Below, piece after piece: positions 13,483 through 14,794 of a stretch of 14,794 bases of DNA (position 1 is its first letter; every line of letters begins with the position of its first letter). The translations under genes and the position numbers were made by a program. The notes under the pieces were generated by a model that was given only the letters and a program-made list of their open reading frames with translations, did no database searches and was not told the DNA's origin. The stretch is taken from contig PEXK01000044.1 of the NCBI GenBank assembly GCA_002779075.1, positions 1 through 14,794 of the forward strand. The letters run 5' to 3'. The DNA is from Candidatus Diapherotrites archaeon CG08_land_8_20_14_0_20_30_16 (lineage in GTDB: Archaea > Iainarchaeota > Iainarchaeia > Iainarchaeales > 0-14-0-20-30-16).

Positions 13483-13692
13483 TTACACCTCTATTTGTTG
13501 TACTCCCACAAATTGTTGAAAAACATCTATTTTGCTACTGTTTGTTTCAAGGTACGCTTGAATTGCCTCTTTTGTTCTTTCTATTAATTCATTCATAGTT
13601 TTTGCCTGTGTATGACAACCAGGTAATCCTAAGACTTCAGAAACTAACCAGCCATCTTCATCTTTTTCTATAATTAGAGTATATTTTGCCAT
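13483..13692 (-). CDS. hicB: HicB-like antitoxin, short form (second copy)
   Basis: MAKYTLIIEKDEDGWLVSEVLGLPGCHTQAKTMNELIERTKEAIQAYLE is a HicB/UPF0150 N-domain. It ends 2 nt upstream of hicA-2. Confidence 0.8.
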   Translation of the reverse strand: MAKYTLIIEKDEDGWLVSEVLGLPGCHTQAKTMNELIERTKEAIQAYLETNSSKIDVFQQFVGVQQIEV

Positions 13693-13887
13693 ATATTAAT
13701 ATTCTTTTTAGAATATATAAATATATCTAATATTGTAGTTCAGTAAAAATTAACTTTAAATACTCTCTGATTTTATTTATTTCTTTTAATTTTGTCAAAG
13801 TAAAAGTAGATCTCTTTTTATATTTGTACTGATTTTATATTCAAATGGAATAAATTTGTATCGAAAAAAGTTTCTTTGAGTTGTAAT

Positions 13888-14262
13888 ATGGTAAGCACAG
13901 GAGAATTTCCAATATCTGCTAATGCATATTTGTCAGGAGAAAAATATAGAATGGACAATTTTGAGAATAATGAATTAGTAAACCGGAAGATTATAAAAGG
14001 ACCGGTTATTTACGATTATTATGCAATGCTTCCCGAAGAAGAAAGACTTCCAGAGTATGAAGAATGTGCATGGTTGAAATCAATAGATGATTATTATAAT
14101 GATCCTGATACATCATCAGATTCATATCTTGATTTTTTTAATTTGTTTGATTCTTTTTTGGATCATAAAGAAGCAGGTCTTGCAACAATAAGTTGTAATT
14201 GTGATAGCATCAATGAGAATTCCTTTGATACTTCTGGAACAATTTGCAATGTGTCTTCTTAA
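13888..14262 (+). CDS. Hypothetical small acidic protein
   Basis: ORF 13876..14262. The first ATG is at 13888. No SD and no recognisable motif. It is D/E/Y-rich and may not be expressed. Confidence 0.35.
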   Translation: MVSTGEFPISANAYLSGEKYRMDNFENNELVNRKIIKGPVIYDYYAMLPEEERLPEYEECAWLKSIDDYYNDPDTSSDSYLDFFNLFDSFLDHKEAGLATISCNCDSINENSFDTSGTICNVSS

Positions 14263-14297
14263 GCTGTTTTTTAATTTAGATATCTTTTTAAACTTTT

Positions 14298-14333
14298 CTA
14301 TAGGGTATTATATTTGACTATAGTTAACTATAG
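14298..14333. promoter_or_regulatory. CTATAG repeats and a 16-bp perfect palindrome; candidate operator/promoter of the relBE-like operon
   Basis: CTATAG occurs at 14298-14303. CTATAGTTAACTATAG at 14318-14333 is its own reverse complement. These lie 29-64 nt upstream of the antitoxin ATG. The SD GAGGTGA is at 14350-14356. Confidence 0.45.
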
Positions 14334-14361
14334 CGAGATACAGATACCGAGGTGAATCATA

Positions 14362-14583
14362 ATGGCTACTACTATTATGATAAGTAATGATTTGAAAGCA
14401 GAATTAATTGCGTTAAAATTATTTTCTAGCGAAACATATGAAGATATAATAAAAGATTTAATAGATGATAGAAAAGCATTAAGTAAAGAAACATTAAAAG
14501 ATATAGAAGAAGCTAAAAAAGACATTAAAGCAGGAAGATATTACACTTTAGATCAACTAAAAAAAGAGTATGGTATTAAATGA
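14362..14583 (+). CDS. Putative antitoxin (RHH-like N-terminus) paired with the RelE/ParE toxin
   Basis: 73 aa. N-terminal strand-helix pattern (TIMISNDLKAELIALK...YEDIIKDLI). The C-terminal IEEAKKDIKAGRYYTLDQLKKEYG is typical of small type II antitoxins. The stop overlaps the toxin ATG (ATGA). Confidence 0.6.
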   Translation: MATTIMISNDLKAELIALKLFSSETYEDIIKDLIDDRKALSKETLKDIEEAKKDIKAGRYYTLDQLKKEYGIK

Positions 14584-14794
14584 TTTACGAATTAATAATT
14601 CCTCCCAAAGTTAAAAAAATATTGGATAAATTGAATTATAACATGAAAGAAAAAATATTGAAATCCTTAGAAAGAATAAGAATAAGGCCGTATGACTACT
14701 TAGAAAGATCAACTAATTCACCATACTACAAATTAAGAACTGGAGATTACAGAGCAATTATTGATATTCAAGACAATAAACTTATAATATATGT
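14580..14794 (+). CDS. relE: RelE/ParE-family toxin, 3'-truncated by the window end
   Basis: My own translation, as this ORF is not in the track because no stop is reached: MIYELIIPPKVKKILDKLNYNMKEKILKSLERIRIRPYDYLERSTNSPYYKLRTGDYRAIIDIQDNKLIIY. The YKLR.GDYR.I..I motif is the RelE/ParE hallmark. Confidence 0.75.
   Translation, partial: MIYELIIPPKVKKILDKLNYNMKEKILKSLERIRIRPYDYLERSTNSPYYKLRTGDYRAIIDIQDNKLIIY

Noticed and set aside
14328-14525. 65-aa - strand ORF
   Set aside because: It is antisense to the antitoxin gene and its operator and gives a low-complexity translation.
1-14794. CRISPR arrays, rRNA genes, IS/transposase or integrase genes
   Set aside because: No regularly spaced repeat-spacer pattern, no rRNA-like conserved blocks, and no ORF with transposase or recombinase motifs was seen on either strand.

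Overview
Strongly AT-rich, tightly packed window. It looks archaeal: archaeal-type FtsZ, an SRP/7S-like RNA whose 5' and 3' ends pair, TTTATAAA TATA boxes, and tRNA genes with no encoded CCA. A small-genome DPANN-like origin is my inference only. Positions 28-5530 carry one + strand string of genes with tiny or overlapping junctions: HAD hydrolase, MetRS, dUTPase, a membrane-anchored TM1410/MJ1477 (GH114-like) putative glycosidase, a protein with only the PEP-utilising swivel phospho-His domain, and a divergent histidine-phosphatase-like protein. A large secreted Cys-rich protein (5559-7394, -) converges on this string. Next come an RNase-H-like DEDD exonuclease and a long-form urocanate hydratase (+). 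The right half is an RNA-gene and accessory region: hicBA-1 (-), four - strand tRNAs (Lys-CUU, Ser-GCU, Val-GAC, Asn-GUU), a + strand SRP RNA candidate, ftsZ, hicBA-2 (-), an orphan acidic ORF, and a relBE-like pair truncated by the window end. The most unusual signal is that tRNA-Lys and tRNA-Asn are each followed, 97 and 106 bp downstream, by a perfect 16-17 nt copy of their own 3' end. The two intervening 81/89-bp segments share a GTGGAAT...ATTCCAC hairpin at identical spacing from the tRNA end. This looks like att scars or miniature integrative elements targeting tRNA 3' ends, with no integrase in the window. No CRISPR array, rRNA, transposase or integrase was seen.
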